Shown: positions 36,246 to 48,751 of the stretch, piece after piece | Position numbering within the stretch: position 1 is the first letter of the stretch | Layout of the letters: the number at the start of each line of letters is the position of its first letter | Translations under genes and position numbers: made by a program | Assembly: GCF_036321535.1 (NCBI RefSeq) | Contig: NC_087436.1 | Span: 114,826,001 to 114,890,000 of the forward strand | Reading direction: 5' to 3' | Source of the DNA: Camelus dromedarius | Lineage: Eukaryota | Length of the DNA stretch: 64,000 nt | Notes under the pieces: generated by a model | What the model was told of the DNA's origin: nothing | Seen by the model: the letters and a program-made list of their open reading frames with translations, nothing else | Database searches by the model: none

Positions 36246-36671
36246 CCTTTCTATTTACCAAACATGCCAAAATACGCCTTCTCATGATATCTGTATTTTC
36301 TTGCTCCTTTGCCGAGAATGCTTTCTAATTCTTATCTGCATCTCCTTCACGTATGTTCTCAAATGTCATGTTTTCCATTGGGTTTTCCCTAATCATCTAT
36401 TTAAAAGTGCAGTCTCCTCCCAATGTAACACCCCTGTATTTGCTATCTCCCTTCACTTCTTTATTTTTCTCATAGCACATCAACTTCCTAACATTCTGTG
36501 TACCTTGCTTATTTAATTTTTATTGTCCATCTCTTCCCATTAGATTATAAGCTTCATGAAGACAGGGATGATTTTGGTCTTTAGCTTGCTGCTACATCTC
36601 TGATGTCTCCAGCAGTGAGTACTTGGCTTATAACAGGCGCCCAGTAAATATTTGTTGAGCCAATGAATGAA
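36246..36671 (+). mobile_element. L2 3' end
   Basis: 'cccattagattataagcttcatgaagacaggga...gtaaatatttgttgagccaatgaatgaa'. Confidence 0.85.
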
Positions 36672-38154
36672 GTCAGGACATTTTTGCTATTTGACATTAT
36701 GTCTGAATTAGAAATGAATGCTCAAACATTCTGCAGTGTTGTCGATGTCTCTATTGAATTTTGGTTTCCCCTCTTGGGTCCTGCAGCGTTCCTTGCCTCT
36801 GTGGCTCAAGTCTCCTAGGTAAGATTTTGAGTCCAGCCCACCTAAGTTCTTAAGGCTGTATATTGAGACAGGATAATATGTGGTTCCAGTACAGAGCTCT
36901 CATTAGAGAGAGTATCCAGGGTTCAGTTGATTCCAATTCCATCTTCATCTGTGGTTCTTTCTTGCAATTCCAAACCTGAGGTTGACTTTGGAACATCATC
37001 TTTCTCGAGTTCCCACAATATTTGCTCTAGACTAATGAAAAAATGAATGATCATAAATATAATTACTCTGAAGGCCTGAGGATATTTTTGGTACACTTGG
37101 AAGGAAGATGGGCTTGAAGGAAAAGTAATTGACAGCAGAGGACTTGAGGTATTTTTCTCTCTCAGAGCTTATGGGTACCACAAATAAATAGCATTTTCCA
37201 TCCCCATTTTGGTTCTGAACAAATGAGAGAACTAAAAAATTCAGGAATATGACATAGAAGGGCCAGAACATCACCCTAGTTACTGTTAAAAGTTGAGGGG
37301 ATAGTTTAGTGTGATGGCCAAAGAGGCCTGTGCCCAGGACAAGCCAGACATTTCCACACTTCCACCGCAGTGGGCAGAGCTGGTCTGCACCTGCAGCAGG
37401 GTGGGACAGCCCTGGCGACAGCAGGCGCCATTGGCTCCCCGCACTTAGCCGGCTCCAGAGGAGAAGTATGGAAAGCCAGGGCTACACTTGGGGAGCTCTC
37501 AGGACATTTCTTTCTTGTGGAGAGAGCAGTTCCCAAACTTCTCTGTTCATGGAATTTTTTTATCGCATAGAGTCTTGTGGAGCTGGTGAAGCAAGGAGTG
37601 CTCTTTGAGAAATGCTGGTATGAATAACTGCAGAGGTGCGCTCCATCTCTGGTATTTCATGAAAGAGCGGAAGCGTCAGGTCAGTTCTTTCTGGGAAGTT
37701 CTATGGATTCTCCCCATAGGCAAACATGTAACACACCCCTATAACATGCCAGGCACTGTGCTATGCACTGGGCAGGTAAGGATAGGAGAGAGGATGCCAT
37801 AAGGACCAATAGGACAAGCCCTGGCTTTCAGAGAATCTATAATCTAAGTGGGTGAGATGACACATGGACTCTGAAGACCGCCGTGGATGGAGTTGGGGAA
37901 GATGTTGTGGCGCGGTGTGAAGGAGGCCTCCTATGTTAGGTCATGGGCTAGGTGTCTTGAACGAAGGGAAGGAAATTTTCTTGAGTGTGTTTCTTGACGT
38001 GACCTTGACTTTAAACATGGGAAGTAACGCTGGAAAAAAGTTGTTTAGCTGTGCCAGTAAGTTGAATTTTACTTACTTAAGATTTTTACCAGGCTAAAAC
38101 AATACTCAGATGGAAACACCAGCCACACAGGGCTCCGTGTTTTGTAACGTGTGG

Positions 38155-38395
38155 GCCAGAGTAGCATGGAGTAAGCGAAGGAATCTGAATTCAAACTCTA
38201 GTTTCACGAATAACTGGCTGTGTGACTTTGGACAAATCACTTAACCTCTCCCAGAACTTTGCTTGCCTCTCTGTAAGAAAAGAGTAATTACGACAAGAGC
38301 CGTCCTACTTCCCAGCATCCTGAAGGGCAGGTAAGAGAAGGGATGTGGCATTTACCCAGAAACTGTAATTTGCTAAACTAAAGTAGCTGCATTAC
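38155..38395 (+). mobile_element. MIR SINE
   Basis: 'aactggctgtgtgactttggacaaatcacttaacctctc'. Confidence 0.7.
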
Positions 38396-39384
38396 TACAT
38401 ACGTACGAAGTTTTCTGGGACTGTAGAGGAACTGTCCACAGCCTTATTTTATATCCTTGATTCTGAATTGTGATACAGTGTGCAGATACATAGATAGTAC
38501 TCATCTAGCCATGTTTTATTTTCTCTCATAAATTTTGAGGTAAGGTCTATGACTTTTTTTTAATGAGATGTGTCCAACATATGAATTATTTAAAAAGCAT
38601 AGAGAAGATCCTGCTAATATCCTATGAGAAAAGTCTTTATGTTCAATTTTACAAAGTCAGTTTTTCTTTAAATGCATTAATACTGAAAAACAAGCCACCA
38701 CAACTAAAAAACGCTTCTGGAAGGAGAGATATTTTACCCAAAATATCAGCATGAAGAGATTTTTATGGCTGGTTTAAAAACCCCTTAAATTAAGGGGTTG
38801 TAATGGAAAGTCTGACAGGCTTAAATAAGGCAGTTCAAAAATATATTCTTAACACTTAACACATACCATACATGAAATGTATTTTTAACATGCTATATGT
38901 TTATTACAGATTAAATACTTAAAAATGGAAAAACAGCCCAAATGTTTCTTAAATATTTGCTTAATACAGTCAGAACACATTGAGAATTGTAACCGTGAAG
39001 AGTACATGTTAAGTGTTTAACTAACATCAGATGCAATAAAATGTTTCATTTGAAATGTTAATAAGCAGGCGATAAAAATGTCACATGAGACGACAGATTA
39101 CAGTTTCACCCAAATTCTCTCTAATTAAGGTGAGACGATGGAGAGATACTGGATTGGCTGGCTTCAAGTCCTGAATTTGTGAATATCATGATCTGATTTT
39201 ACCTTGATCTGTTTTTCCTTTGAGGGACCTGTTTAAAAGCATCTGAGGCATCACTTTTCCATCAAGATGTTGCCTCCTCTTGGAGGTCCTTTCTGACTGC
39301 TTTTGGGAGAGGTTAGGTGCCTCTTTTCTGCACCTTTTGCTAATCTGTGCGACATTCTATGGTAACACATTGTATCACATTAAA

Positions 39385-39575
39385 TTGGGCAGAGAGTGCT
39401 AACTCTATTGTTAACTAGCTTTGTGACCTTGGGCAGGCTACTTAACCTCTCTGTGCCTAAGTTTGTTCTCTTGTAAAATGAAGATGATCATAGGACCTCA
39501 TTCATAGGGTTGTTTTGAGGGTGAAGTGAATAGAAATGTGCTTGGAACAGGTTCCAGCATAAAGTGTTAGTTCAG
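39385..39575 (+). mobile_element. MIR SINE
   Basis: 'ctagctttgtgaccttgggcaggctacttaacctctctgtgcctaagttt...tgtaaaatg...catagggttgttttgagg'. Confidence 0.85.
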
Positions 39576-40129
39576 CTCAACATGTACCCTTCATTCTAAA
39601 ATTTGCAGTATGTTCTGGCGATAGTAAGAAAATAATTAAGAAGCATTTGGGGTTCCCCTTATTTGAAATTACTTAATGTATAATAAACCTATGTTAAAAT
39701 ACTTATATATATGTTTGTGTCAAGTGTTAGTTTTTAAAAAAAATTTAACATTTTGAGAGTATCTATTTAAAAGCTCATCTCCCCCAATACTCTGTCATGT
39801 TCCTCATGATATTTTCTGCCTGTTTCCATTGGTAGTACATTATAGGAGCACCAGAGCTGTGTACTAAAGTGATGAATGGATGAGCATTATATAGACACCC
39901 TGCTAGGTACAGGTTTGCCTCATCAATCTGATTAGATTCTTTTTCTTTTTTTGCAGTTTCTAGACCTTCAGACATTCCTGATTAAATACCCACTAATTAG
40001 AGAAACCACTTCTAAATTGCAAAAGACTTTGCCTTTTGAACTGAAAAGCCCAGTGCAATTAATGTCTATAGATTAATGTCTCAAGCAAGGCAAACGGAAA
40101 TGAGTTTTGGCAACGGCTGCAGATATTGG

Positions 40130-40320
40130 GAAATCATTCCCAATTCTGTGACTCTGGCCAGTTAAATAAACTCACTGTGCCCTGATGTCCTTATCTGCAC
40201 AGTGAGAGTGATAAGATGTCTGCTAGACAGGCTAAATGAATGAGCGTGCACGGCGTGCTGAGAACAGTGCCAGGGACACAGTGAGTCCTCACGCAGTGTA
40301 GGGGCTGTTACTATTAGAAT
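40130..40320 (+). mobile_element. MIR SINE
   Basis: 'ctgtgactctggccagtta...ctgtgccctgatgtccttatctgcac...gtgctgagaacagtgccagggacacagtgagt'. Confidence 0.7.
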
Positions 40321-41265
40321 AGGCATCACAATCACCTATAATTATGTAAGTAATAGTTATAATATGTTAAATGTATTACTACACAGTGCCCTTACTATTA
40401 TTTAGCAAACTGGAGATATTCTGTTTTGTTTTTGCTCTTGTATATCTTCGTTCCTGTTTTCCCTATCTGTCTTTGCCCATAAGCTCCTGGAAGGAGAGGG
40501 ATTGTGTACTTTAATTGACACTCCCCACACCCCTCCCCATAATTCTGATTGGCATAGCTTCTCCTCCATCCCCCAAATACTGCCAAGGAATGAAGAGCCA
40601 GAATGGCAACTTCTTAGGTGAAAAAAAAGGCTTCTTAAGATAACTGATCAAAATTCTCCCTCTGTTCTTTTATTTTTCTGAAAGAAAATATTGGTGGCTG
40701 AAAAAAAAAATTAAAAATGAAGCAGGTAATTGGGTCCAGCTGGCTCAGCTGCCAACAAAAGTCTGTCTCTTTGAGTCACTGTGGCTTAGAGTACTTGGAA
40801 ATTTAATGGTGTGGAATTAATTTGAAGTTTACGGCAATTTTACACACACGTGCTTCTAACACTAATCTCAGATTTGGAGATTGTTGGTGTTCCCTCTGAC
40901 CTCCTCCTTTTATCTCTGCGTCACTAATAGGACCATTATTTTATTTAGGAAATTTCAAGATTTGCCCTCATTCTTGATAAATGATCATGGTTTATAACCG
41001 AACCCTTTCTTTTTTCAAATTCCTGTGTTGTTGTTTAAGATGATTTTCTGGCCTTTATTTCTTTGTCATAAATATGTGAGTGATTTCTAGGACCAAGGGC
41101 AAAAAGTCAAACAGTTTCTGAAATGCAACTAATAATTCCTGCAACTAGTCTGCTTTTAAGGCAAGTGTGGGGAAGGCAGTGGGCTTATTGGACTTAAACA
41201 CTCTACCTTGACAAAATCATTGAAAGCACTTTGGGAACTCGGGAGTATATATGCATGTCACAGAT

Positions 41266-42412
41266 CTTTTTAAGATAACAGTTTTATTGAGACAGAATCA
41301 TAAACCATAAAATTCACCCTTTTAAAGTGTGTAATTCAGTGGTTTTCACTCTATCCACAAAGTTGTGCAACCATCACCATTGTCCAACTTCAGAGAAGTT
41401 TCATCACACCCAACAGAAAGCCCATGTCCATCTGCAGTCACTCTCCAGTCCCCTCTCCACCAGCCCCTGGCAACCACTAATCTATTTTCCATTTCTCTGG
41501 ACTTGCCTAGTCTGGACATTTAACATGAATGAAATCATACAGTACGTACGTAGCCTTTTGCGTCCGGCTTCTTTCACTTAGCATCTTTTCTAAGTGCATC
41601 CCTGGTGTAGGTGTCCTTGCCGAATAATATTCGTTTAATAGATATACCACATTTTGTTTATCTGTTCATCAGTTGATGGCATTCAATTTTTAAAAATCTT
41701 GCTGTTGTGAACGATGCTACTATAAATATTTATATAAATGTTTTTCTGTGGACTTATGTTTCACTTTCTCTTGGGCAAATACCTAGGAATAGAATTGCAG
41801 AGTCATATGTAAAAGCTTGAATATACAAACAGAAAGTGGTCAGAACATATATAAAAACAGACCCATAACCTATGGCAACCTGCCCAGGAAACCAAACTTC
41901 TTACCTATAATAAACAGCTCAGAAAGTCAGCCTGCTCTAAATCAGGTCTGTAGGAAGCCAGATTGCTATCTTTAGCAACAATCCAGGAAGCTAAATATTA
42001 ATTTCTATAATAATCAACCCCAAACTACCAGGACTTGATTAATAACTAACAACTTCCCCAATTTTTGTCTTGGCTTACAAAGTAGACCCAACCGGAGAAA
42101 GCCATGTATGTCCACCTGCCAACTAATCACACAGGATGCTAGGCCCTTTAGTTATCTTGTGTCCAGCTTCCCCAAGCCAACAACTTCCAACCAGGGCACA
42201 TTCTTTTTCTGCTATAAAGCTTTTCCACTCCTCTGCCTGCCTTTGAGTCTCTGTCAAAAGGCAAGCGATGGTGCCTGACTCCCTTGTTATAGGGAGTTCT
42301 GAATAAACTGCCTTTGCTTTTCCCATTTGGTTGGTCTTCCTTTATTTCCATGTATGTTAACTCTGTGTTTAACATTTTGAGGAGCTACTAAGATGTTTTC
42401 CAAAATGGCTCA
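41266..42412 (-). mobile_element. L1MB-like 3' fragment split by an LTR (L1 parts 41266-41807 and 42351-42412)
   Basis: 'ttttattgagacagaatcataaaccataaaattcacccttttaaagtgt...gcccctggcaaccactaatcta'. The L1 phrase 'gtcata|tgttaactctgtgtttaacattttgagga' is split across the insertion. Confidence 0.9.
41808..42350 (+). mobile_element. ERV1-class solo LTR (MER89/MER90-like) nested in L1
   Basis: TG...CA ends, TATA-like 'ctataaa' at ~42212, AATAAA at 42302, and a 4-bp TSD cata/tgta. Confidence 0.8.
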
Positions 42413-43347
42413 CATGCCATGGATTTTAGTTCTCCTTTGCCTTACTATTAGTGCAAGCAACAAAGAAAGGAGCAAAAGAGAAAAATTGTAGAGCAGACCG
42501 AGTTTTCTGGAGCAAATGGTTTTATCGTGGTAATGTTTCATTAACGTACCCGGTAACAGAACTAGCTTCAGACTTGAGAGTCATAGAGGAGCCTTGAGGA
42601 GCTCAGGTGGGGATGTTTAAGAGTTAGCTGAAAATTCAGTATTGGAGCTCAGAAAAATAGTCCAGTGTGGAGAGTGTCAGTGTCTTCTACATCTTTCTAA
42701 ACATCACAGTTACTTTTCCAAACTCTTTCCTTTTGCCTCTCGAACCTCTAACTTCAGTCTTCCTCGTTGAAGATCATTATTTCAATCAAGTTTTTCCATC
42801 AATATACCTTCCTCTTGGCTCATTAAGAAATGTAATAAACCTTTATCCTTAATAAGTGAGTACTAGTGCAATGATTTTCGGCTTTTGGTAGGAAGAGTCT
42901 GGGGGACGGGACAGTAAACCAGGGAGATACTGTGGCACCATGAAAATCTGGAGCTATGAAAAAAATCAAGACTTTTTGTTTGTTTGGTTGGTCTACTGTT
43001 ATTCAGAGCTAACAACAGGACAGATATTTCAAAACTATCTCCCCATATAACCCTCCTTTTAACAATAAGATGTAGGTATTTGTATCCCTAATTTATGTTA
43101 GAGATTTTGGTCTTTTTATGTCTACTGATGTATCCTAAGTGATCAGAACAGTGCCTACCACTTAGTAAGTGCTCAAAAAATTCTTGTTGAAAGAGGACTC
43201 TTTTTTATTTGCCTGCATCATGTAGCAGCTTTTATGCAGTAGAGCTGGAGTCCAGCGTCAGGTCATTTCATTCCAAAGGTCGTGCGTGTTGCTCTATCCC
43301 TCATTGTCTCCATTTCCCTGTCACTCTAATGAGGGGATACACTAGAT

Positions 43348-43600
43348 CAGAGTTTCCCAAACTAGTGTTCCATCTGTAGGAGTTGATTCATCTGTGTGTT
43401 CACTGATGTTTCGCTCAAATAGAGAAATACTGAATGATCAAAGTTAGTTCAGTTTCTTCAGGACTTCTCAAAATCTTTCATATGTCAAGGCACCTTGTGA
43501 GTCGCCAAGGGAGTTTTTCTGAGTTTGCCCACTTTCCCCCCTGTCTGTGTGTAGCATCTGTTAACATCTCCTAAGAGTGCAGTTTTAGAGTATATGGTCT
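43348..43600. mobile_element. hAT-Charlie MITE (MER103C-like)
   Basis: 'cagagtttcccaaactagtgttcc...caaagttagttcagtttcttcaggacttctcaaaatctttcatatgtc...ttgtgagtcgccaag'. Confidence 0.6.
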
Positions 43601-44514
43601 CAATTTCTAAAGTTCTTTTGATTGGTTCCTTCTAGCCCCATAATTGGTTGACTTGAATTGTGGTAAAAGAAAAAATTAAGGTCAAATCTTATTATAGAAA
43701 ATATGGTTAAAAAATATGATTATAACAAAAATATTTTAAAGACCTGGACATAGGCCTAGAGTAATAGGAGTTTGCTGATTTCTTTAGAGTAAAATTCGCT
43801 GCTACAAATAATTTAGTACAATAAATGACTTTCTCCTGCCTTATTTTTTACAATAGAAGGGGGAAAAAAAAACCCTAGCACCTTGTTGTGTGGTATTTAC
43901 TCTCAAAAGACTATTGATTGAATGCCTCCCAAGCACTGCAGTGCCCTGTGGGGAACACCATGGTGGGCTGACACAGGGCTCCAGCCCTCCAGGTAGTCAT
44001 AATTTGTTGGCATGATGAAGTAGGTAGGATCATAGAGTTAGTGGCAAAGCCCCCCTCTATATCAGATAGATAATTAAAAAATTAAGAAATTATTCAAGAC
44101 AACAGTTTGAAAAATAAAAGATTTTTCGGGCTTGATTGCCAAACAGACTAGGTTCTGAGCTTTCTGAGGACAGCATCCGTGTTGCTGTTGTGTCCCTTGG
44201 GCTGGCCTGGGGTGGCAGAGAGTGGGCGGGAGGGACACAGCAATGCAGTAGCCACTAGCCCCAGCCCTGCTCTCCCCAGCTCTTTGGTCCAGGGCGCTTC
44301 AGAGCTGAGTCTGCTCAAGAGCTCCATCTGAAGAGGCCCTTGGCCTCAGCTCCTGCCAATGACCTTCAACTTGTCACCTTTCCCTCTAGGCCCTGAGGCT
44401 CAAGGGAAATGAAAGGTGTTGGCTCAGCAGTCAGACCTAGTAGGACCTCAATCCTTGCACCACAACTCTGCTACTTTACTCTTCTCAAACCTCTCTTTCT
44501 TCCGTTGTGATGGA

Positions 44515-44518
44515 GATA

Positions 44519-44551
<33 letters not shown>

Positions 44552-44982
44552 GATATGATGCATATCATATGTGATATATATGATATAAAGTATATGTATC
44601 TATTGAGATACATATCACATATGGTGTGTGTATATATATACATCACAATATATACACATGTATAATTTATACATGTACACATGATACAGACACATCACAA
44701 TGGAGATATATCTAGATACATATGTATATATATAATTATATATTTAACTTATATACATGTAAATATATGCATATGTTAAAATATGTCCGGTCCTGGACAT
44801 GCTTGAGGGTCTAATGAAAGAGCCTCTTTCCACAAAGATACCCATGCAGAACTGGTGAGGCCAGCTAGGTGGGCCCAAACCATGTCCAAAGAGCACAGAT
44901 ATATATATGTAATTTATATATATGTAAAATACCTCAAAGTATTTATATGTATTATATATGTAATTTATGTATATAAAATACT
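44515..44982. repeat. TA/TACA-rich low-complexity tract containing a 116-bp inserted unique segment
   Basis: (CATA)n followed by degenerate (TA)n at 44515-44782 and 44899-44982. Confidence 0.9.
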
Positions 44983-46080
44983 GTAAAGTTTCATGGCAGT
45001 GATTAAATGAGAGTGCATGAAAAGCCCCAGGGCCAGTCCTGTCAGTGAGCGGCAGCTGCTTTTCCTGTCAGGGGAGACCTGCGGGCTGCACCACGGCTGC
45101 CGGGTGCCCTCTGCCCAGTCTCCCCTCCAGCCCGCCTGCTGTGGCGGAGCAGGAGTCTGACAGCTGGCACCTCTGCATTGCAGCCCCTCTTTCCCTTCTG
45201 GTTGGGTCATTTTGTCCCACCAGGCTTCTGCCTGTTGTTTTTTTTTTTCCCCCTTGGATTTGTTTCTCTGCAGTTCCCTTGTTAGGATCCCAGCCCCTCC
45301 AGACCAGGGCTCTCTGCCAGTGTGGGTTAGCACTCTTAAATCAGGCAGGGCTCTCTGGGTTGCAAGTGACAGAAACCATTCAAATTAGCTTAAACAAATA
45401 GTAACAATGAGGAAGACAGTGATAGGAAATTGAAGACTTAGAAAACAGACATCATGGCTGCATTGAAGGATGCAGATTAGATCAGAAAGACTCTGTCCCT
45501 CTGCTTCTTGGCTCTGAGTTTTCTGTGTTAACCTCATGTTTGGATTCACTCTTTTCCCCAAGGTGGCAAAGATCATTTCTGATCGCTGTAAGCCTGTAAC
45601 GTTTCAACTGCTAGCAATTCCAGAGAGTAAACTGCATTTGTCTCTTTCCAGCATCTATATCAATCTTCTAAAATTATTCTAATTGGCCCATCTTAGGTCC
45701 TCCCAGATTTGTCATTGTTTCCAGTCTTGGCCAATCATGGCTCTGCCTCCTGCAGCTGGAAAGGTGAAGTCGTGTGATTGACAGCTCTGTTAGGATCACA
45801 CTGAGCAGGAAAGGACAGTTTCCCCCAAAAAGGAAGCAGGATAGAAACACAGCAGATACAGACACCACCTTATCTGGCTCTGCACTGACTTGAAGTTTTA
45901 AATCTCTGGATTTCTGGTGACGGGAATGGTCTGAACCCCATAACAGCCAGCTGTGCTCTTTGTGCATCATGGTTTGGGCCCGCCGAGCTGGCCTCGCCAG
46001 TTCTGCATGGGTATCTTTGTGGGAAGAGGCCCTTCCCTGGCTTTCATTAGACACCCTCAGGCATGTCTAAGACCTGACAT
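44783..46080. repeat. Long inverted repeat: arms 44783-44898 and 45951-46080, spacer ~1.05 kb
   Basis: Manual alignment of the left arm to the reverse complement of the right arm gives about 10 substitutions over ~116 nt plus three small indels. Confidence 0.95.
45335..45870 (-). mobile_element. MaLR LTR (old MLT1J/K/L-like)
   Basis: 'gggttgcaagtgacagaaaccattcaaattagcttaaacaaa...gtttcccccaaaaagg'. Confidence 0.7.
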
Positions 46081-48189
46081 GCTTAAAAGCCCTAGGGAGG
46101 GGATCTCCGTATGACTTCATAAATACAATGTGCCAAGTTTGTTCCTGGGCACCGGGGATGCAACACTGTGTAAGACCACACTTAAGGGTCTCTGGGCCTA
46201 GTAGAATTTTCCCCTCCCTGCTGGCCCCCAGCTACTGATGCCTGGCCAGCAGAAGACTTGAGGAGAAAGTTAGCTTTAGGGAGATAGAGGGGAACTTGCT
46301 CCCAAGGTGAAAAGTCCAGTGTGAGTTTGTGGCAAAAAGAGTCAGGGAAACAAACCAAGGTATGGGGTTGGGGAGGGGAGGCACATCTGTACGATGTTAG
46401 AGCAGGGGCAGGTAGATTGTGATCTTATTGTAGGGAGACCTGAATGCCCACAGAGGGCTCCCAAAACAGGAGTTCAGAGCTGGGAAGAGCCTTCGACGTC
46501 ACACAGCAGAAGAAACCGAGGTGTAAAAAGGTGAAATGAGTTACTCCAGGATCCACAGACCAGGAGTGGAGAAGCCAAGCCAGAATTCTCATCTCCTCAC
46601 AGCCCAGCTCCCTCTCTGCCCTAAGGTACTGTGATGGGGTCACCCGGCAAAGGTCTCCAGAAGCCTTTGTGTGCCGGCAAAAGCCCACTGCTCTTTGATT
46701 CTTCTTGCATTGACCCTTCTGTGTGTCCAGCTCCTGGAGAGTGGGTGGATTCAGCAGACACAAATGACCAGGAGTGAAGTGTGTAGATAGCACTGAGAAG
46801 CTGACCAGGAAACCGAGGACTCAGTGAGGCTGGACCAGCATCTGCTGGCTTCTCCTGGAGGCCCCCCATCTGGCAAACCTCCCTGCATGTCTCCTATCCA
46901 GCAGGACTTTTCCAGACACATTTCCTCCAAGGTCCTCCGAGGGAGTCAGAAAGAAACAGCATGCACTTTTGCTAGTCCTGGTCTTGTTCCAGGTGAGAAC
47001 GCCTGCTGCAGGGAAATGCAGATGCCTTCTGCCTATTTGTGCCAAAAAAGATGCCCCTCCTACAAACTTATAGGATTATTTGTTCTTGAAAATGCACTAT
47101 TTCTGCTCCATCCATAGAAATTCAGTCCAACTCAATTAAAACATCGTGGCCTTCATGAGGGCACAGATGCCCTGGAAAATGATTTTGGGGGTGTTTTCCC
47201 TGGCTGTGAATAGTTCAGTGTGGAGGCGGCCACCCATGTGCTTAAAAATGAAAAAGTCCTGATGGTAATGGAGCAATTCAATAATACTAACTTGCTTTTC
47301 GAGAGCAACTTTCTTTTAAGGTTAAATTTTGGTTGGGTTGATCATGAGCAGATATAACCTGGGCTTTATCTCGGTTCTGAGCTCTTTCTTTCTCTCTGTT
47401 CTCTTCTCTCCCCCTAATGCCAAAGCGATGTTTGTTTCTCCCTCACTCCTTAAGGCCTGGGTGTTGCTGGCTCACAGATGAGCTATTCTGATGGCAGAAT
47501 AACTGACACAATATAGAGATTCTCCATCTAGGCAGTGTTTCCACGAGGCTGCAGACCAGGCTGTGACCTCACACCGGGGTCTGCACCAAGTCCCATTGGA
47601 TCAAGCCTGTATCTCTTTAATAGATTGACTTGTCACAGAGCAGAGTCACATTAGCTTGGAATTCTGGGTTGTCCATACCGACCCGCACCCATCCTATCAC
47701 CTGTGTCCTGCTGCTTCAAACAAGCCTGCCCTCTTCGTCTTCTGCCCTGGACTCAGAGCCTTAGTGACCCATGGTCTCTTCTCCATCCATTAAAATCCGT
47801 CTCCTTAACCAGTGCCCCATTCATCCTCCTTGTTCTCAACCTGGGGCCCTTTCTGACGTTTCTGTAATTCTTCCCCATCTGTCACCCACTGCTCCATATT
47901 ACGTGTGTGGTGGTTTTGCTATGTGAGAGAGTACGCCTTGCTTCCAGCTGAGTGTGAGATCCTTGAGTCAGGGACAGTTTATTATATGGCCTGATATTCA
48001 TCTCATTTATGTTTTATGAGGTATAGATATTCAGTGGCTTTTGTTGATTCATGGATTTTTATCAACTGAAATTCTCACCTCAGTAAGCCAAGTCTTTTGG
48101 AAGTAGATTTAGGCACCCATGGGTTTGTGTGACTTGGTCAAAACCCTGAAAGGCTGAACACTCACTTAGAGGGCCACCTAAGGGCATGG

Positions 48190-48680
48190 GCCCTGGAATC
48201 TGTAGGTCTGTCTTGCGGTTGGGTTCTGACATAAACTAGTTATAGGATGCTAGCAAAGACAGTGCTCTTTGAACACATTTGTTCATCTGTAAAATGGGGG
48301 AATAATAATAACAACAACTGTAATATGCCTGTCTCAGGTTGATGGTTAGGATTTAATGAAATCATAAAGCAACACGCTCAGGAAAGCATGAGGTCTAAAG
48401 TTAAACTGCCTGGGACCAGCTCTGCTACTTTCTAGCCGTGTGACCTTGGGTAAGTTACTTAACCTCTCTGTGTCCTACTTTCTTTTATCTGCAAAAGGGA
48501 AACAAAAATTTAAAAAAATAATAATAATACCTTCCTTTTAGGGTTTTTAAGAAAATTGAATCACAATAATTTTGAACGTGATTGCAATGATGCTTGACCC
48601 GTAGCTTGTTAAATGAACAAACAATAATAATGCACATAAGTCTTTTATGACATGCAGGCACACGGTCAGTGCTGTTACTG
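48190..48680 (+). mobile_element. Two nested or tandem MIR SINEs
   Basis: Two cores: 'catctgtaaaatggggaataataat' and 'ctagccgtgtgaccttgggtaagttacttaacctctctgtg'. Confidence 0.8.
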
Positions 48681-48706
48681 CTGCTGCTTCTATGGAGAAA
48701 GCCACC

Positions 48707-48751
48707 ACTGCCGCCACTATTCTGCTACTGCCGCCACTATTCTGCTACTGC
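48707..48751. repeat. 20-bp tandem duplication actgccgccactattctgct (2.25 copies)
   Basis: Exact copies at 48707-48726 and 48727-48746. Confidence 0.9.

Noticed and set aside
39935..40080. Coding exon after the strong acceptor ttttctttttttgcAG
   Set aside because: The longest frame stops after ~39 codons, no good donor follows, and I do not recognise the peptide.
44783..46080. Fold-back DNA transposon with ~120-bp TIRs
   Set aside because: No TSD or known TIR motif was found, one arm is buried within a TA tract, and the spacer is ordinary old genomic sequence including an MLT1. It is kept only as an alternative to test.
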